Notes: generated from the sequence alone by a model not told the origin. Positions 31,098 to 43,299 are shown, counted from the first letter of the stretch. The stretch is 64,000 nt of DNA from an uncultured Chroococcidiopsis sp. (GCA_964248365.1 CAXTYC010000026.1:1-64000), one strand, 5' to 3'. Program-made: numbers and translations.

Positions 31098-32132
31098 CTA
31101 ATCTCCTTCTGGGAAACAATTGATTTCTTGATTGATGATGGTTAGATATCCTTGTTCTGTTAGGCATCCTCAGTGATTAGCTGATTATCCTTCGCCCACT
31201 CAAACTTAATTGGGTGATTTTCTACTTAATTGTAACGATGCAAAAATTTTTGGAGCTTCTAGAAAGCAGCCAATTTTTGCATCTTATTTTGCTTCCCAAA
31301 GTCTGAATCTGTGTCTTCAACTTTTCTTCTAAGTTGCCAGAGTGCAACTACTATCAGCTTTTGCTGGCACTACTGACCTCACCTTTTTATCATGCATTAG
31401 TAATCATTACATTAAATCTCTTAACGAGTCTAATTTCTGTGTAATTTTTATCTAAATCTTTAAAAAGCTAATGTTTAAAGCATTAATTTAACTATGTCTT
31501 GATGAATATAGCTTAAGCTCGCAGGCGATCGCGCTTGTCAAACACCTCAATTTTTATAACGAAATCTATAAGTTTATCTAAGATTAGACATGATAATTAA
31601 TACTGATATTTAATAGGAGACCTATATAGTAGGGGCGGGTTTAACAAATATACCTGTAGGAATATAAAAATTTCAGTACAACCCTTATTACCCATGTCAA
31701 GAACAATAAAGGACAAGGAGGAAGTGGGGGAGCAGGGGGAGAGTGGGAGAGTGGGAGAGGGGGAGAATTGTTAATTTATACTTTTTGCTTTCATCCTTTT
31801 CTCTTTCGCCTTTCCCCTTTCACCTTTCCCGCAATACCTCTTTTCCCAACTACCAATTATCAGTTACCAGTTCCCAATTCCCTATGGCACTTTTTGCCGT
31901 TGTTTACCGTCCGCTTTGGTAAAGTCATTTTTAGTAAAGTTTAGCTACGAACAGTTAGATTCACCCCAATTCCCAATTAAAACAAGTGCCTGAAGATAGA
32001 GGCGAAGGAAGGAGAGAAAAATTTTTCTTCTATGTCATCCATCCAAATGCACGAAAAGGGCAAATTCACAATTGCGAATTACTAATTGCGAATTGACAAT
32101 TGTTTTGGTTATTGTTCTTCAAAGGAGCTTGT

Positions 32133-32645
32133 ATGCGACGCTTATTTGCCACTTTAGCTGTTTCTAGCTTGTTGCTGACTGGGTTCCCGATTATCAGCAA
32201 TGCCCAGAGTTTACCTGGATTAACCATATTTAGCGGCGTTAAGCGTGAAAACGAACTGCCCTTTAAGTTAGATTTTGGCGGTCAAGTCAATGGTTGGGAT
32301 CGCTACCGTTTGAGAATTCCAGCCAAAAAACTGAATTTGGCAGTTGCTCAGTTTTCCATTACCTACCCAGATTATTACAGAGGCAAATTTGATAAGGATA
32401 AGATTGAGGTGCGCATTAAAGGTAAAAAAGTGCCGCTGCAACAGGTAGTTTGGGATAAAGATAATCATAAGGTGGACATTTATCCCCAAGAGCCAATTCC
32501 CGCAGGCAGCCGCGTTGAGTTGGTATTCTCAAATGTGAAAAATCCCAACTCTGGGGGAACTTTTTATTTCAACTGCAATATTCAGACTCCTGGAGATGTG
32601 CCACTGCTGCGTTACGTTGGCACATGGATTGTGAGTATTAGTTAG
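32133..32645 (+). CDS. DUF2808 domain secreted protein
   Basis: Signal peptide; DRYRL and NVKNP...FYFN motifs; lies upstream of rpmH. Confidence 0.85.
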   Translation: MRRLFATLAVSSLLLTGFPIISNAQSLPGLTIFSGVKRENELPFKLDFGGQVNGWDRYRLRIPAKKLNLAVAQFSITYPDYYRGKFDKDKIEVRIKGKKVPLQQVVWDKDNHKVDIYPQEPIPAGSRVELVFSNVKNPNSGGTFYFNCNIQTPGDVPLLRYVGTWIVSIS

Positions 32646-32880
32646 GGCTAGGGGCGCTCGTGCGCTCGTGCGCTATGAGCGAGTTGCCCCACGTATACAA
32701 ATATTATCTCCCCCTGCTCCACGCCAGTTTGCCCCTGCGGGGGTTCCCCCCGCACCTTTCTGGCTCCCCTGCTTCCTTTTGCTCCCCCTGCTTTCTTCTA
32801 GCCTAAGCGTCCCTGATTTGGTGATAAAATAGCAGATTGTGACTTTTTTAGCTGAACAACTAACTGACGAGTACACAATT

Positions 32881-33015
32881 ATGAAGCGCACGCTGGAAGG
32901 AACCAACCGTAAAAGAAAAAGAACATCAGGGTTTCGCGCTCGGATGCGTAACCCAGATGGTCAAAACGTAATTAAGGCTCGCAGAAGAAAAGGGCGTTAT
33001 CGTCTTACTGTTTAG
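32881..33015 (+). CDS. rpmH: 50S ribosomal protein L34 (absent from ORF track)
   Basis: Manual translation: [44 protein letters not shown]. Confidence 0.97.
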   Translation: MKRTLEGTNRKRKRTSGFRARMRNPDGQNVIKARRRKGRYRLTV

Positions 33016-33052
33016 CAGCCTTATTACATCAATGTTGCGATCGAGATCGCGT

Positions 33053-33469
33053 GTGGCTTTATCAAAAGCAAATCGGCTCTCTAGTAGACATGATTTCCAA
33101 GCAGTATTCCGGGCAGGAATTCGTCGTAATGGTTCTCACTTGACACTGAGAGCTTTACGCGCGATCGCACAACCAACCTGCCCAGATGTGCTGGAAACAA
33201 CACAATTAGCATCAAACACACAGCTTCAGCCAACCAGAATTGGAATCTCTATTAGCACGAAAGTCAGCAAAAAGGCAACCGTTCGCAACCGCATCAAGCG
33301 GCAGCTACAAACTGCTTTTCGCCTCCTTTTGCCCCGAATATCATCTGGATGGCTTATAGTGATCGTGGTTCAACCGTCGGCAGGACAACAAGAGTGCGTA
33401 ACCGAACAATTTCTGCAAGAATTAGAGCAGTTGTTGGTAGCAGCCGAGGTACTCAATGGGAATTCGTGA
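33053..33469 (+). CDS. rnpA: Ribonuclease P protein component
   Basis: RNR motif KKATVRNRIKR; follows rpmH; GTG start inferred. Confidence 0.93.
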   Translation: MALSKANRLSSRHDFQAVFRAGIRRNGSHLTLRALRAIAQPTCPDVLETTQLASNTQLQPTRIGISISTKVSKKATVRNRIKRQLQTAFRLLLPRISSGWLIVIVVQPSAGQQECVTEQFLQELEQLLVAAEVLNGNS

Positions 33470-33845
33470 AGAAGTCTATTATGAAGGCGGTCCTCATGTT
33501 GGGGATTTGATTATTAATTTGCTCGTGGGGCTAACACTGATTGGCTTACCTTTGACAGTAGGGGCGATCGTACGGGCATTGTGGCTACGCTACCGCATTA
33601 CCAATCGTCGGATATCTGTAACCGGAGGTTGGATGGGACGCGATCGCACCGATATCATTTACGCAGAAGTTGTCAAAATCGTCAAAGTGCCACGCGGCAT
33701 TGGCTTGTGGGGTGATATGGTACTAACCCTTAGAGATGGTAGTCGCTTAGAAATGCGAGCAGTGCCTAAGTTCCGCGAAATTTACGACTACATCAATGAG
33801 AAAGTGCTTGCCAAAAATCCCAAAGTAAATGCAGGTGTTAAGTAG
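33456..33845 (+). CDS. PH domain-containing protein (bPH_2)
   Basis: Motifs YYEGGPH and YRITNRRI; sits between rnpA and yidC. Confidence 0.85.
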   Translation: MGIREEVYYEGGPHVGDLIINLLVGLTLIGLPLTVGAIVRALWLRYRITNRRISVTGGWMGRDRTDIIYAEVVKIVKVPRGIGLWGDMVLTLRDGSRLEMRAVPKFREIYDYINEKVLAKNPKVNAGVK

Positions 33846-34061
33846 CGATTAGCGATTAGCTTTTAGCCATTAGCAACACTCATTGACGCGCCTGGTTACA
33901 AAGACACTTCTTAGCTAGAAACTGTTGACCAGCCCCGCGCTCGCCAGCTCGCCAGCGCGCCAGCGCGCCAGCTCGCCAGCTAACGGCTAACAGCTAACAG
34001 CTAACAGTATCGGATAGATTAGATTAAGAAAGTTTAAATATTTCAGGTTGACTTCACACTA

Positions 34062-35219
34062 ATGGACTTTGGTATTGGGTTTCTTTCCAACAACGTCATG
34101 CTGCCGATCCTGGATTTTTTCTACGGGATCGTGCCAAGTTATGGACTGGCGATCGTAGCATTGACTCTGGTGATCCGCTTCGCACTGTATCCTCTAAGTG
34201 CTGGCTCGATTCGTAATATGCGTCGCACACGGGTAACTCAGCCGTTGATGCAAAAACGAGTCAAAGAAATTCAAGAGCGCTATAAAGACAACCCTGCTAA
34301 GATGCAGGAAGAAATGAGCGCTGTTTACAAAGATTTTGGCAACCCTCTAGCAGGGTGTATGCCCGTTCTGCTACAAATGCCCGTCCTATTTGCTTTGTTT
34401 GCTACCCTGCGTGGTTCACCGTTTTCAGATGTAAATTACACTGTCAATCTACAAATTCTTCCACAAGAGCAAATCGAGCGAGTTCAGCCGCAAGCATTTA
34501 CCACTGCTCCCCAAAACATATACATTGCCGATGGGGTTCATGCTCGCGTCAGCGCCATTTTACCTGGGGGTAATCGGTTAGCAGTAGGTGATAAAACTAA
34601 AATCGAATTTCAAACCCCAGAAGGAAAACCCTTCTCGACGCTAACAGCAGAACATCCTGAAACAAACCTTGCCACTAAATGGAAGGTGACTAAGGGTGAA
34701 GAGCGGCTCAAACTAGATGAAAACGGCAATATAGAAGCTATCCAACCAGGAGATGCAACAGTTCAGGCAATAATTCCCGGACTAGCATCTGATAAAGGCT
34801 TTCTATTTATTGATGCTTTAGGTCGGGTAGGAGCGTTTGATGAGGATGGCACAATCCATTGGGACATTGTAGCAATGGTGATTGGCTTTGGTTTGAGCCT
34901 TTACCTGAGCCAAGTAATTTCCGGTCAAGGTTCGGTAGCTAGCAACCCCCAACAAGATACGGTGAACAAAATCACCCCGATTATTTTCTCTGGGATGTTT
35001 TTGTTCTTCCCCCTACCAGCTGGGGTGCTGATGTATATGCTAATTGGTAACATCTTTCAAACACTCCAAAGCTACGTTGTCTCTCGTGAACCACTGCCAG
35101 AAAATCTGCAAAAGATTTTAGAGGCAGAGGAAAAAAAGACCAGCGATAGTAAAGGACGCGAGACACTACCCTTTGAACCAGGACGTAATAAGAAAAAAGC
35201 TTCCGAGGGTAAAACATGA
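34062..35219 (+). CDS. yidC: Membrane protein insertase YidC
   Basis: Motifs [14 protein letters not shown] and LPAGVLMY. Confidence 0.96.
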   Translation: MDFGIGFLSNNVMLPILDFFYGIVPSYGLAIVALTLVIRFALYPLSAGSIRNMRRTRVTQPLMQKRVKEIQERYKDNPAKMQEEMSAVYKDFGNPLAGCMPVLLQMPVLFALFATLRGSPFSDVNYTVNLQILPQEQIERVQPQAFTTAPQNIYIADGVHARVSAILPGGNRLAVGDKTKIEFQTPEGKPFSTLTAEHPETNLATKWKVTKGEERLKLDENGNIEAIQPGDATVQAIIPGLASDKGFLFIDALGRVGAFDEDGTIHWDIVAMVIGFGLSLYLSQVISGQGSVASNPQQDTVNKITPIIFSGMFLFFPLPAGVLMYMLIGNIFQTLQSYVVSREPLPENLQKILEAEEKKTSDSKGRETLPFEPGRNKKKASEGKT

Positions 35220-35731
35220 GTGATAGTCGAATGCAGCGCGGGATTGAGTGGCTGGAAAGACTATTGCCACTGATGGGAGTATCGACTGACGTTCAAGCTC
35301 AGATGGGGGCAGCTGGCGATCCTAGCGATCGCTCAGAACCTGAGAGCTACTGGTTGACAATTAATGAAAATAACCTGCAACCAGAGCAAATTCAGATTTT
35401 GATTGGTGCTGACGGGAGCGTCTTAGATGCAATTCAGTATCTAGCTAATGCTACCTTGAACGTGAACCAACCCCCAGATCAGCAAGCGGCTTACACAATT
35501 GAGCTAGATGGATATCGCATCCGTCGGCAAGCTGAAATCGAAGCGATCGCAACAGCTACCATTGAGAAAGTACGCGCCACTGGTCAAGAAGTGGAAATCA
35601 AATCTCTCTCTTCAGCAGAGCGACGGCAAATCCACACATTCTTGAAAGATTATCCAGATTTGGAAACCTTCAGTCGGGGTAAAGAGCCACATCGTCATCT
35701 AGTCATCCGCCAAATGACGGCACAAAGCTAA
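35216..35731 (+). CDS. jag: Jag/KhpB RNA-binding protein (KH + R3H)
   Basis: Motifs [21 protein letters not shown] and SRGKEPHR. Confidence 0.9.
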   Translation: MSDSRMQRGIEWLERLLPLMGVSTDVQAQMGAAGDPSDRSEPESYWLTINENNLQPEQIQILIGADGSVLDAIQYLANATLNVNQPPDQQAAYTIELDGYRIRRQAEIEAIATATIEKVRATGQEVEIKSLSSAERRQIHTFLKDYPDLETFSRGKEPHRHLVIRQMTAQS

Positions 35732-35817
35732 AATCTAAATAGTTACACTGGAAATGTAGCATTAGCAGCAACGCGATCGCTACGCCAAATCGTTCCTTGA
35801 CATGGACTCCCACTCCT

Positions 35818-36324
35818 ATGGAGGCAATTTACATTCCCCAACTGCTCAAAGCGCGGGAGCAGACAGAGGTAATTCAAGTTGACGAGTTTCTGCCTGATCT
35901 GGAAACACTAACCCCAGTTCGTGGACGCATTCGCGTTCAACATCACGGGAATTACCTAGAAGTTTCTGCCCAGGCAGAAACGATTATTACTCTAAACTGC
36001 CACCGCTGCTTGCAACAGTACAACCATCGCTTGAGTGTAGACACGTTGGAAATCATCTGGTTAGACCCAGCAGCAGACCAACCATATGAAGGACCATTAG
36101 AGCGAGAATTGGCTGTAGAAGACTTAGTAGAAGCCCTACCGCCCCAAGGCTATTTTGATCCAGGCGAGTGGCTTTACCAGCAATTATGCTTGGAAATTCC
36201 CCAGCGGCAGCTGTGTGATGCTTTGTGTGCAGGTATCCAAAGCGCAACATCAGATTCAAATCAATCAGTCGATCACCGCTGGGCATCTCTACTAGAAGCT
36301 TTGAAAAAACAACTCCCTAATTAG
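35818..36324 (+). CDS. YceD/DUF177 family protein
   Basis: Motifs CHRCL, LCDALCAG and DHRWASL. Confidence 0.9.
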   Translation: MEAIYIPQLLKAREQTEVIQVDEFLPDLETLTPVRGRIRVQHHGNYLEVSAQAETIITLNCHRCLQQYNHRLSVDTLEIIWLDPAADQPYEGPLERELAVEDLVEALPPQGYFDPGEWLYQQLCLEIPQRQLCDALCAGIQSATSDSNQSVDHRWASLLEALKKQLPN

Positions 36325-36532
36325 TGGCTAGTGGCTGGTGGCTAGTGGCTAGGGGGAAGAAAGCACAGATAATCTAGTTAAGGAAAAAGTAATGAAAAGA
36401 CACAATTACGAGAACTAATTACAACATCACCTAAACTAAGCATAAGAGAGCTTCTACTCCCTAATTCCTATTCCCTAGCCCCCTAGTCTCTCTCTTTCTC
36501 TAGCCACTAGCCACTAGCCACCAGCCACTGAT

Positions 36533-38047
36533 ATGAGCTTCCGTGAAGAGTTTGCATTATTGCTACGCGCCCGCTATCCCCTAATTTATATTCCCACCAA
36601 TGAGGAGGAGCGAGCAGAAGCAGCAATTCGGCAAGAAGCTCAACTTCAAGGCAATCGCACTGTATATACCTGGGATTTTGTTGATGGCTACCAAGGAAAC
36701 CCAAATGATGCTGGATTTGGTCGCCGCAATCCATTACAAGCTTTGGAATTTGTAGAAAAAGTTGCAGCATCTGCCCCAACAGTTTTTATTTTGCGGGACT
36801 TCCACCGCTTCTTAGAGGATGTTTCTGTTTCTCGTAAACTTCGTAATCTAGCACGGTTACTTAAGTCCCAGCCGAAAAATATAGTTTTACTGTCGCCTCG
36901 AATTGTCACTACGGAAGACTTGGGTGAAGTTTTAACAATTTTAGAGTTTCCTTTACCAGCAGCGGCTGAGATTAAAGCCGAAATAGAACGCTTGAACGCA
37001 GCTACAGGACAATCACTAGCTCAAAAAGTATTAGATGAACTAGTGCGTTCCTGTCAAGGGCTTTCGATTGAGAGGATTCGGCGGGTGTTAGCTAGGGCGA
37101 TCGCAAGTCATGGTGAATTACAACCAGAAGACGTAGAACTGGTTTTAGAAGAAAAGCGCCAAACAATTCGCCAAACCCAAATTCTCGATTTTTACCCTGC
37201 AACAGAAAAAATATCAGATATTGGCGGTTTGGATAACCTCAAAGACTGGTTGCTACGCCGAGGTGGGGCATTTAGTGAACGCGCCAGGGCATATGGTTTA
37301 CCCCATCCGCGTGGGCTGCTGTTGGTGGGAATTCAGGGAACAGGTAAATCTCTGAGTGCAAAGGCGATCGCTCATCACTGGCATTTACCTCTACTACGCT
37401 TAGATGTCGGGCGGTTATTTGGCGGTTTGGTGGGTGAATCTGAATCTCGTACCAGGCAAATGATTCAGGTTGCTGAAGCCCTAGCCCCGTGTATCCTGTG
37501 GATTGATGAGATCGATAAAGCTTTTGCTGGACTTGGCGGTAAAGGCGATGCTGGTACTACTAGCCGCGTCTTTGGTACTTTCATTACCTGGTTAGGCGAA
37601 AAAACCTCGCCTGTATTTGTAGTTGCTACGGCTAATGATATTCAAGCTCTGCCACCAGAAATGCTGCGTAAAGGCAGATTTGACGAAATCTTTTTTGTCG
37701 GGTTGCCCAGCCAGGAAGAACGAAAAGCGATTTTTACAGTCCATTTATCTCGGCTGCGCCCTCATAATTTGAAAAATTACGATATTGAGCGCTTGGCTTA
37801 CGAAACTCCTGATTTTTCTGGGGCAGAAATTGAGCAGACTATCATCGAAGCTATGCATATTGGCTTTAGCCAAAACCGAGACTTTACTACAGATGACGTT
37901 TTAGAAGCTGCTAGCCAAATTATTCCCTTGGCAAGAACTGCCCAAGAACAAATTCAGTTTCTCCAAGACTGGGCTGCTGCTGGTAAAGCGCGTATGGCAT
38001 CGAAACAGGGTGGTTTGAGTAGCCGTATTCAACGCCAATTCCAATGA
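36533..38047 (+). CDS. ycf46: Ycf46-type AAA ATPase
   Basis: Motifs [15 protein letters not shown] and LRKGRFDE. Confidence 0.9.
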   Translation: MSFREEFALLLRARYPLIYIPTNEEERAEAAIRQEAQLQGNRTVYTWDFVDGYQGNPNDAGFGRRNPLQALEFVEKVAASAPTVFILRDFHRFLEDVSVSRKLRNLARLLKSQPKNIVLLSPRIVTTEDLGEVLTILEFPLPAAAEIKAEIERLNAATGQSLAQKVLDELVRSCQGLSIERIRRVLARAIASHGELQPEDVELVLEEKRQTIRQTQILDFYPATEKISDIGGLDNLKDWLLRRGGAFSERARAYGLPHPRGLLLVGIQGTGKSLSAKAIAHHWHLPLLRLDVGRLFGGLVGESESRTRQMIQVAEALAPCILWIDEIDKAFAGLGGKGDAGTTSRVFGTFITWLGEKTSPVFVVATANDIQALPPEMLRKGRFDEIFFVGLPSQEERKAIFTVHLSRLRPHNLKNYDIERLAYETPDFSGAEIEQTIIEAMHIGFSQNRDFTTDDVLEAASQIIPLARTAQEQIQFLQDWAAAGKARMASKQGGLSSRIQRQFQ

Positions 38048-38162
38048 ATTATTTGCGAGTAAGCTGGGGTGAAAAGTGCAAATATCTGCTAAGCTTGGAC
38101 GATGATTCTGGCGATCTACATTATTCAATCTTGAAATCTTTAATCCAAAATCTAAAATCGAT

Positions 38163-38630
38163 ATGACTTTGGCTGGTGTAGCAAAGTTTGTCATTGGGGT
38201 GAGCTTAGCGATCGCGCTTATGATTGGCGGTAGCGTCTTGGTTGGTTTGTACTTTATGTACAAAGTCACGTCACACCCCCCTAAACCTGTATTTTCTAAT
38301 GAAAAAGTAAATGAGAAAGTGGCGGCGAAAGCAAAAAATCCGCCACAGGTGACAACTAAACCATTACCAAGTGCAACTCCAAAACCAAGTGAAACCCTTC
38401 CTGCCCAGCCTTTAGCACCAGGAACCTACAAAGCTCGTGTCAATTGGTCACAAGGCTTGAGCCTACGAGCAGAACCGAGTGCAGATGCCCAGCGTATTGG
38501 GGGACTTGACAACAATCAACAAGTTGTGGTATTGGAGGAAAGTGCTGATAAAAATTGGCAGAAAGTTCGTTTAGCAGATGGCGAACAAGAAGGTTGGATT
38601 AAAGCAGGTAATCTAGAGCGACAGCAATAA
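38163..38630 (+). CDS. Membrane-anchored SH3b domain protein
   Basis: TM helix, Pro-rich linker, then GLSLRAEPS...EGWIK. Confidence 0.85.
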   Translation: MTLAGVAKFVIGVSLAIALMIGGSVLVGLYFMYKVTSHPPKPVFSNEKVNEKVAAKAKNPPQVTTKPLPSATPKPSETLPAQPLAPGTYKARVNWSQGLSLRAEPSADAQRIGGLDNNQQVVVLEESADKNWQKVRLADGEQEGWIKAGNLERQQ

Positions 38631-38792
38631 TTTATTAGCTTTTAGCTATTAGCGATTAGCTTTTAGCGAGGTAGCAACTGATAGACTAATGAATATCAAA
38701 GACCACCATCTGCAAGGGAACTATGGATCAGCGCTTTGCTATCAGCATGCCAGCTAACCGCTAATAGCTAACCGCGCGCCAGCTAATTGTCT

Positions 38793-39248
38793 TTATAGTG
38801 GTAATAATGCTCGTTGGCAAGTAGGACAAACGGCATGAATTGTCAGCTGACAATCGAGCAAATGATAGCCTTCTTTTTCTGCTGTTTTTGTCCCAATTTT
38901 TAAAATTGAATCGTTTTTAAATTCAATTGTTTTATTACAACGCACACAAATTAAATGATGATGGTGATGGGGGTAGGGTTGATTAATTTCGTAATGTTTA
39001 TGTCCTTCTCCTAATTCTAGTTCCCGCAGAATTCCCATCCGCGCCATTAACTTCAAAGTTCTGTAAATAGTAGACAGGCTGATTCCTGCTCCCTGGGTTT
39101 CTAGCTGATGATAGAGTTCTTCAGCACTAAGATGCTTTCCGGTGGGAAGTTCTTGAAAAACCTGTAAGATAATTTCTCTTTGGGGAGTTAAACGCCAACC
39201 TCGATCATTGAGTTCCGCCTTAAGTGAGCTAGCAGAATAGACAGTCAT
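38793..39248 (-). CDS. fur: Ferric uptake regulator (FurA type)
   Basis: Motifs RLTPQR, HLSAEE, STIYRTL, HHHHHLICVRC and CPTC. Confidence 0.95.
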   Translation of the reverse strand: MTVYSASSLKAELNDRGWRLTPQREIILQVFQELPTGKHLSAEELYHQLETQGAGISLSTIYRTLKLMARMGILRELELGEGHKHYEINQPYPHHHHHLICVRCNKTIEFKNDSILKIGTKTAEKEGYHLLDCQLTIHAVCPTCQRALLPL

Positions 39249-39274
39249 AACTACCTTGTCAAGCAAGCTGCATT

Positions 39275-39342
39275 ATTGATAAGTATAATCAATTATTGCT
39301 GTGATTGTCAACAAGCTAGGTTTATTGAGAATATTTTCCAAC
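39275..39342. promoter_or_regulatory. Two Fur-box-like 19-bp imperfect palindromes upstream of fur
   Basis: ATTGATAAGTATAATCAAT (39275-39293) and ATTGAGAATATTTTCCAAC (39324-39342). Confidence 0.5.
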
Positions 39343-39625
39343 AGTAAGCAGCAAGACCTGCTAGTAAGAGCAGATTATTTGACTAGAGAAAAAGTAAGGA
39401 TGTAGCTTGCGGAAGCGTTGGGGTAGGCGGAAGGCAAAAAGGATGAAGGATGAAGGATGGAAGGGGAAAGGGGAACTTGGGGTCACTCGCGTAGTGGGGA
39501 TTAGGGGCAAGGGGAAAGAATTAAATATTCACTCCTCCACAACGTGGGTCGATCTTCGTGGGTCTCCTACACACTTCATACTTCACACTTCAGACTACAT
39601 CCTTCATACTTCACACTTAATTTGA

Positions 39626-40876
39626 CTAACTTAAAGACTCTAAGTAGTCCCGTACTCGGTTGCGACGCTTCGGTTGGCGTAACTTTTGCAGCGCTTTGGA
39701 TTCAATTTGCCGCACCCGTTCCCGCGAAAGATCCAAAGCCCGCCCAATTTCTGCTAGAGAATAGGAGTGTCCATCTCCCAAACCAAATCGCATTAGAATT
39801 ACATCACGCTCCCTGTCAGTTAAATCTGCCAACAGGTGCTGCAAATCTTTATGCAGAGCTTCGCGCATTAAAACTTCTTCAGGGGAAATACTGTCATTTT
39901 CGAGTAATTCTCCTAACTCAGTGTCTTTTTCCTTACCTACTTTTGTTTCTAAGGAGACAGAGCGAGGGACTCTTAAGAGGACTTCCCGAACTTGGGGAGG
40001 AGTCATTTCTAGCTCAAGGGCAATATCTTCAATCGTGGGTGTGCGACCTTTTTCTTGAGCTAGTTTGCGCTGAGCTTTCTTGATTTTGTTAAGTTTTTCC
40101 GTAATATGGACAGGTAGGCGGATTGTGCGGCTTTGGGTAGCGATCGCCCTGGTAATGCCTTGACGAATCCACCAGTAGGCGTAGGTGCTGAAACGATAAC
40201 CCTTGGTCGGATCAAACTTTTCTACTGCCCGTTCCAAGCCCAAAGTTCCCTCTTGGACTAGATCCAAAAGTTCCAAACCGCGATTTTGATACTTTTTCGC
40301 AACTGACACAACTAGACGAAGATTTGCCTTGATCATGTGTTCTTTTGCCCGAATGCCTTCGCTCTGAGCTTGCTCAAGCTCCTCCACAGTCAATCCGGCA
40401 ATTTCAGCCCAGCGTCTTTTTCCCTTTGATAAAGCAGGTCTAAGTTCCGACACAGTTATACCAGCAGTAGCCGCCCACCGTTCTAAAGAAGGGCGGTGTC
40501 CGAGTGCCGAGGTTAGACGCTCTTGGGCTTCGATTAAGCTGATATAAGTCGTGATTACTTGGTCATCCTTCAAAGACTTGTCCAAACACAGCGATCGCAT
40601 CCGCAAATAACGCTGGACTTTTTGGGCTTCGGAAACCTCTTCATCCCGCTCTAATAGGTGAACTCGACCAATTTCTTGCAGATACAGACGGACTAAATCT
40701 GTAGTGCGACGAGTAACACCAGGCTGTAGGCTGGCATTCTCGTTAGAGTCAATCTCCAGAGCAAGCAGGTCATCCATTGATAACTCAGCCTCATCGGCTG
40801 CGTAATCTGACTCAAAGCGCTGGGGCGACAATTGATTTTCGTAGGCTGTATCCGCGTAAAAAGAAAGTGCTTGCAT
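39626..40876 (-). CDS. sigC: Group 2 RNA polymerase sigma factor SigC
   Basis: Motifs TTDLVRLYLQEIG, ANLRLVVSVAKKY and STYAYWWIRQ; SigC-type N-terminus. Confidence 0.88.
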   Translation of the reverse strand: MQALSFYADTAYENQLSPQRFESDYAADEAELSMDDLLALEIDSNENASLQPGVTRRTTDLVRLYLQEIGRVHLLERDEEVSEAQKVQRYLRMRSLCLDKSLKDDQVITTYISLIEAQERLTSALGHRPSLERWAATAGITVSELRPALSKGKRRWAEIAGLTVEELEQAQSEGIRAKEHMIKANLRLVVSVAKKYQNRGLELLDLVQEGTLGLERAVEKFDPTKGYRFSTYAYWWIRQGITRAIATQSRTIRLPVHITEKLNKIKKAQRKLAQEKGRTPTIEDIALELEMTPPQVREVLLRVPRSVSLETKVGKEKDTELGELLENDSISPEEVLMREALHKDLQHLLADLTDRERDVILMRFGLGDGHSYSLAEIGRALDLSRERVRQIESKALQKLRQPKRRNRVRDYLESLS

Positions 40877-41403
40877 AACGGTTCGTCTCAATTGCTCCAG
40901 GTGACAAAGACTTCACTGGCGTTGCTTCTTGTTGCTTGTTGTTATTATTCCCAGTCATTCCAGCCAACTAACAGCTCGCTGCTTAATCCTCTGCTAATTT
41001 TGGTACTGGTGTACGTGTTTTCCCTGATTCTTGCACCCTTTTGTAGTTTTTCCAACACGTATTTAATAGAATTTACTTAGATATAGAGCTTGATTTCTCG
41101 CTCTAACAGGGTTGTTAGTTAACCAAACTCTTTTAATTTCAATAGTTTTTGTAGATTAAGCGCATTTGATAGAAATGTTTATTGTTACAGCTAAGTTAAT
41201 CTACATTGCTGCTTAAATCATTTCCGGAGAAGATTGAGTTAGGAGCTAGGGGCTAGGGGCAAGAGGCAAGTTGCTAGGGGGCAAGAGGCTAGGGGGCAAG
41301 GGAGCAAGGGAGCTTTCTGGGGCTTTCTGGGAAGTTCTTTCAATCCAAAATCCTCTAGCTATAGCGCCTAAGCGCCTCTAGCCTTGCGAATTACGAATTA
41401 CCT

Positions 41404-42384
41404 TTACTGGTTGTATTCGGGCTTGGGGTCGCGGAGCATTAGAGCCTCAAGTGCCTGTCCGGGGGTAATTTCGCGTTGCAGTAAGCGATAAACTTCAACT
41501 GTTATTGGTATATAAATTTCTTGCTGCTTGGCGCGTTGGATTAAAACTTGAGTAGTGTTAACTCCCTCGGCGGTTCCTTCTAACTGAGCGAGAATTTCTG
41601 GTAAGGTTTTGCCTTGAGCTAGCTGATAACCAACTTGATAATTACGACTCAAAGGACTGTTGCAGGTTGCTAGCAAATCACCTAAGCCAGATAAACCATA
41701 AAATGTTTCTGTCAAGGCTCCCCAACTGTTACCGATCCGAATTATTTCTGTCAAACCACGAGTTAACAAAGCGGCTTTAGCATTGGTTCCAAGTTGTAAA
41801 CCATCACAAACACCAGCTGCGATCGCCATTACATTCTTCAACGTCCCGCCTAACTCTACTCCCAAGGGGTCAGAATTGGTATAAACCCGAAATGTGTTGG
41901 AAGAGAAGACGGCTTGCACCGCCACAGCTGCCGTATGATCGTTGCTACCAACAACTGTTGCTGCTGGGTTCCCCTGTTGAATTTCTTTAGATAAATTAGG
42001 ACCACACAGCACAACAAGGGGATGGGTAGGAAATGCGGCTTGCCAAATCTGAGATGGTGTTAAAGTAGTGGCGGGATCTAAGCCTTTGGTAGCTGTGACG
42101 AAAATTGTATTTGGTGAGACAGGTAAAGACTGAATTTTTGTTACTACTTCTGTTACACCTTTCATCGAAACGGCAGATAAAACTATGTCAGCGCCTTGTA
42201 TCATCGTCGCCAAATTACCATAGCGACGCGACCACAAACGCACGTCATGACCCCGCGCCGCCGCAAGCGTTGCTAAAGTGCTACCCCAAGCACCAGCACC
42301 CAAAATTGTTATACCTCGTTTTGAGTTTGTAGAAACGGGGTTTGAGGTAGGGGCGGGTTTTTTAAAGATTTTCTGTTTTGCCAT
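41404..42384 (-). CDS. gpsA: NAD(P)H-dependent glycerol-3-phosphate dehydrogenase
   Basis: Motifs GAGAWG, LKNVMAIAAG, GLSGLGDL and SRNY. Confidence 0.95.
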   Translation of the reverse strand: MAKQKIFKKPAPTSNPVSTNSKRGITILGAGAWGSTLATLAAARGHDVRLWSRRYGNLATMIQGADIVLSAVSMKGVTEVVTKIQSLPVSPNTIFVTATKGLDPATTLTPSQIWQAAFPTHPLVVLCGPNLSKEIQQGNPAATVVGSNDHTAAVAVQAVFSSNTFRVYTNSDPLGVELGGTLKNVMAIAAGVCDGLQLGTNAKAALLTRGLTEIIRIGNSWGALTETFYGLSGLGDLLATCNSPLSRNYQVGYQLAQGKTLPEILAQLEGTAEGVNTTQVLIQRAKQQEIYIPITVEVYRLLQREITPGQALEALMLRDPKPEYNQ

Positions 42385-42411
42385 AAATATGTCTTTTCAA
42401 CCCGCCCCTAC
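42347..42411. repeat. Palindromic REP-like element overlapping the gpsA start
   Basis: GTAGGGGCGGGTT...AACCCGCCCCTAC, a perfect 13-bp inverted repeat. Confidence 0.85.
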
Positions 42412-43299
42412 TCATAATTGATCGCCCTTGGTGCGGGGGTAAGTTTGCATTAATTCCCGCACTTGTTCAGCATGATAGGAACTGCGAGTTAGGGGTGAGG
42501 ATACTACCTGGAGAAAGCCTAAAGATTCGCCCTCCTGCTTCCAAGCATCAAATTGCGTTGGTGGAATAAAGCTATCTACTTTTAAGTGTTTTTGACTCGG
42601 TTGGAGGTATTGTCCTAGAGTGAGAATATCGCAATCCACAGCGCGCAGATCTTGCATCGCTTGCCGAATTTCGCTGTCGGTTTCTCCCAGTCCTACCATC
42701 AAGCCTGATTTAGTGTAAACCTGGGGAGCGAAAATGCGCGATCGCTTCAACAACTCCAATGTCCGCTCATAGTTGCCTTGGGGACGCACTCGTCGATACA
42801 GACGAGGAACTGTTTCTGTATTATGGTTGAGTACATCTGGCTGTGCCTGTAGAATCAACTCTAAAGCATTCCAGTTACCGCACAAGTCGGGAATTAGTAC
42901 CTCAATGGTTGTGTTGGGTGAAATAGTGCGAATAGCTTGAATACAACGGACAAACTGCAAAGCACCCCCATCTGGTAAGTCATCGCGGTTGACAGAGGTG
43001 ATGACTACATGATTAAGTCTCATCCGTCGTATTGCTTGTGCCAGTCTTTCAGGTTCGGTTGGATCTAGGGGTTTAGGCTTTTTCTCAAAGTCAATGTCGC
43101 AGTAGGGACAGGCACGAGTACAAGCTGGTCCCATAATTAAAAATGTAGCTGTACCCGCGTTGAAGCACTCGCCAATATTTGGACAAGAAGCTTCTTCACA
43201 AACGGTATTGAGGGCTAAATCCCGTAAAATTTCTTTAACGTTGCCGACACGCTCCCACTGAGGCGCTTTCACCCTTAACCAGTCTGGCTTAACAGTCAC
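42412..43299 (-). CDS. lipA: Lipoyl synthase
   Basis: Motifs [20 protein letters not shown] and RSSYHA. Confidence 0.97.
   Translation of the reverse strand: MTVKPDWLRVKAPQWERVGNVKEILRDLALNTVCEEASCPNIGECFNAGTATFLIMGPACTRACPYCDIDFEKKPKPLDPTEPERLAQAIRRMRLNHVVITSVNRDDLPDGGALQFVRCIQAIRTISPNTTIEVLIPDLCGNWNALELILQAQPDVLNHNTETVPRLYRRVRPQGNYERTLELLKRSRIFAPQVYTKSGLMVGLGETDSEIRQAMQDLRAVDCDILTLGQYLQPSQKHLKVDSFIPPTQFDAWKQEGESLGFLQVVSSPLTRSSYHAEQVRELMQTYPRTKGDQL

Noticed and set aside
28034..31101. Plus-strand ORFs over pntAB, and similar shadow ORFs over pyk, secA, sigC and the pentapeptide gene
   Set aside because: These are antisense shadows of well-supported genes and carry no motifs of their own.
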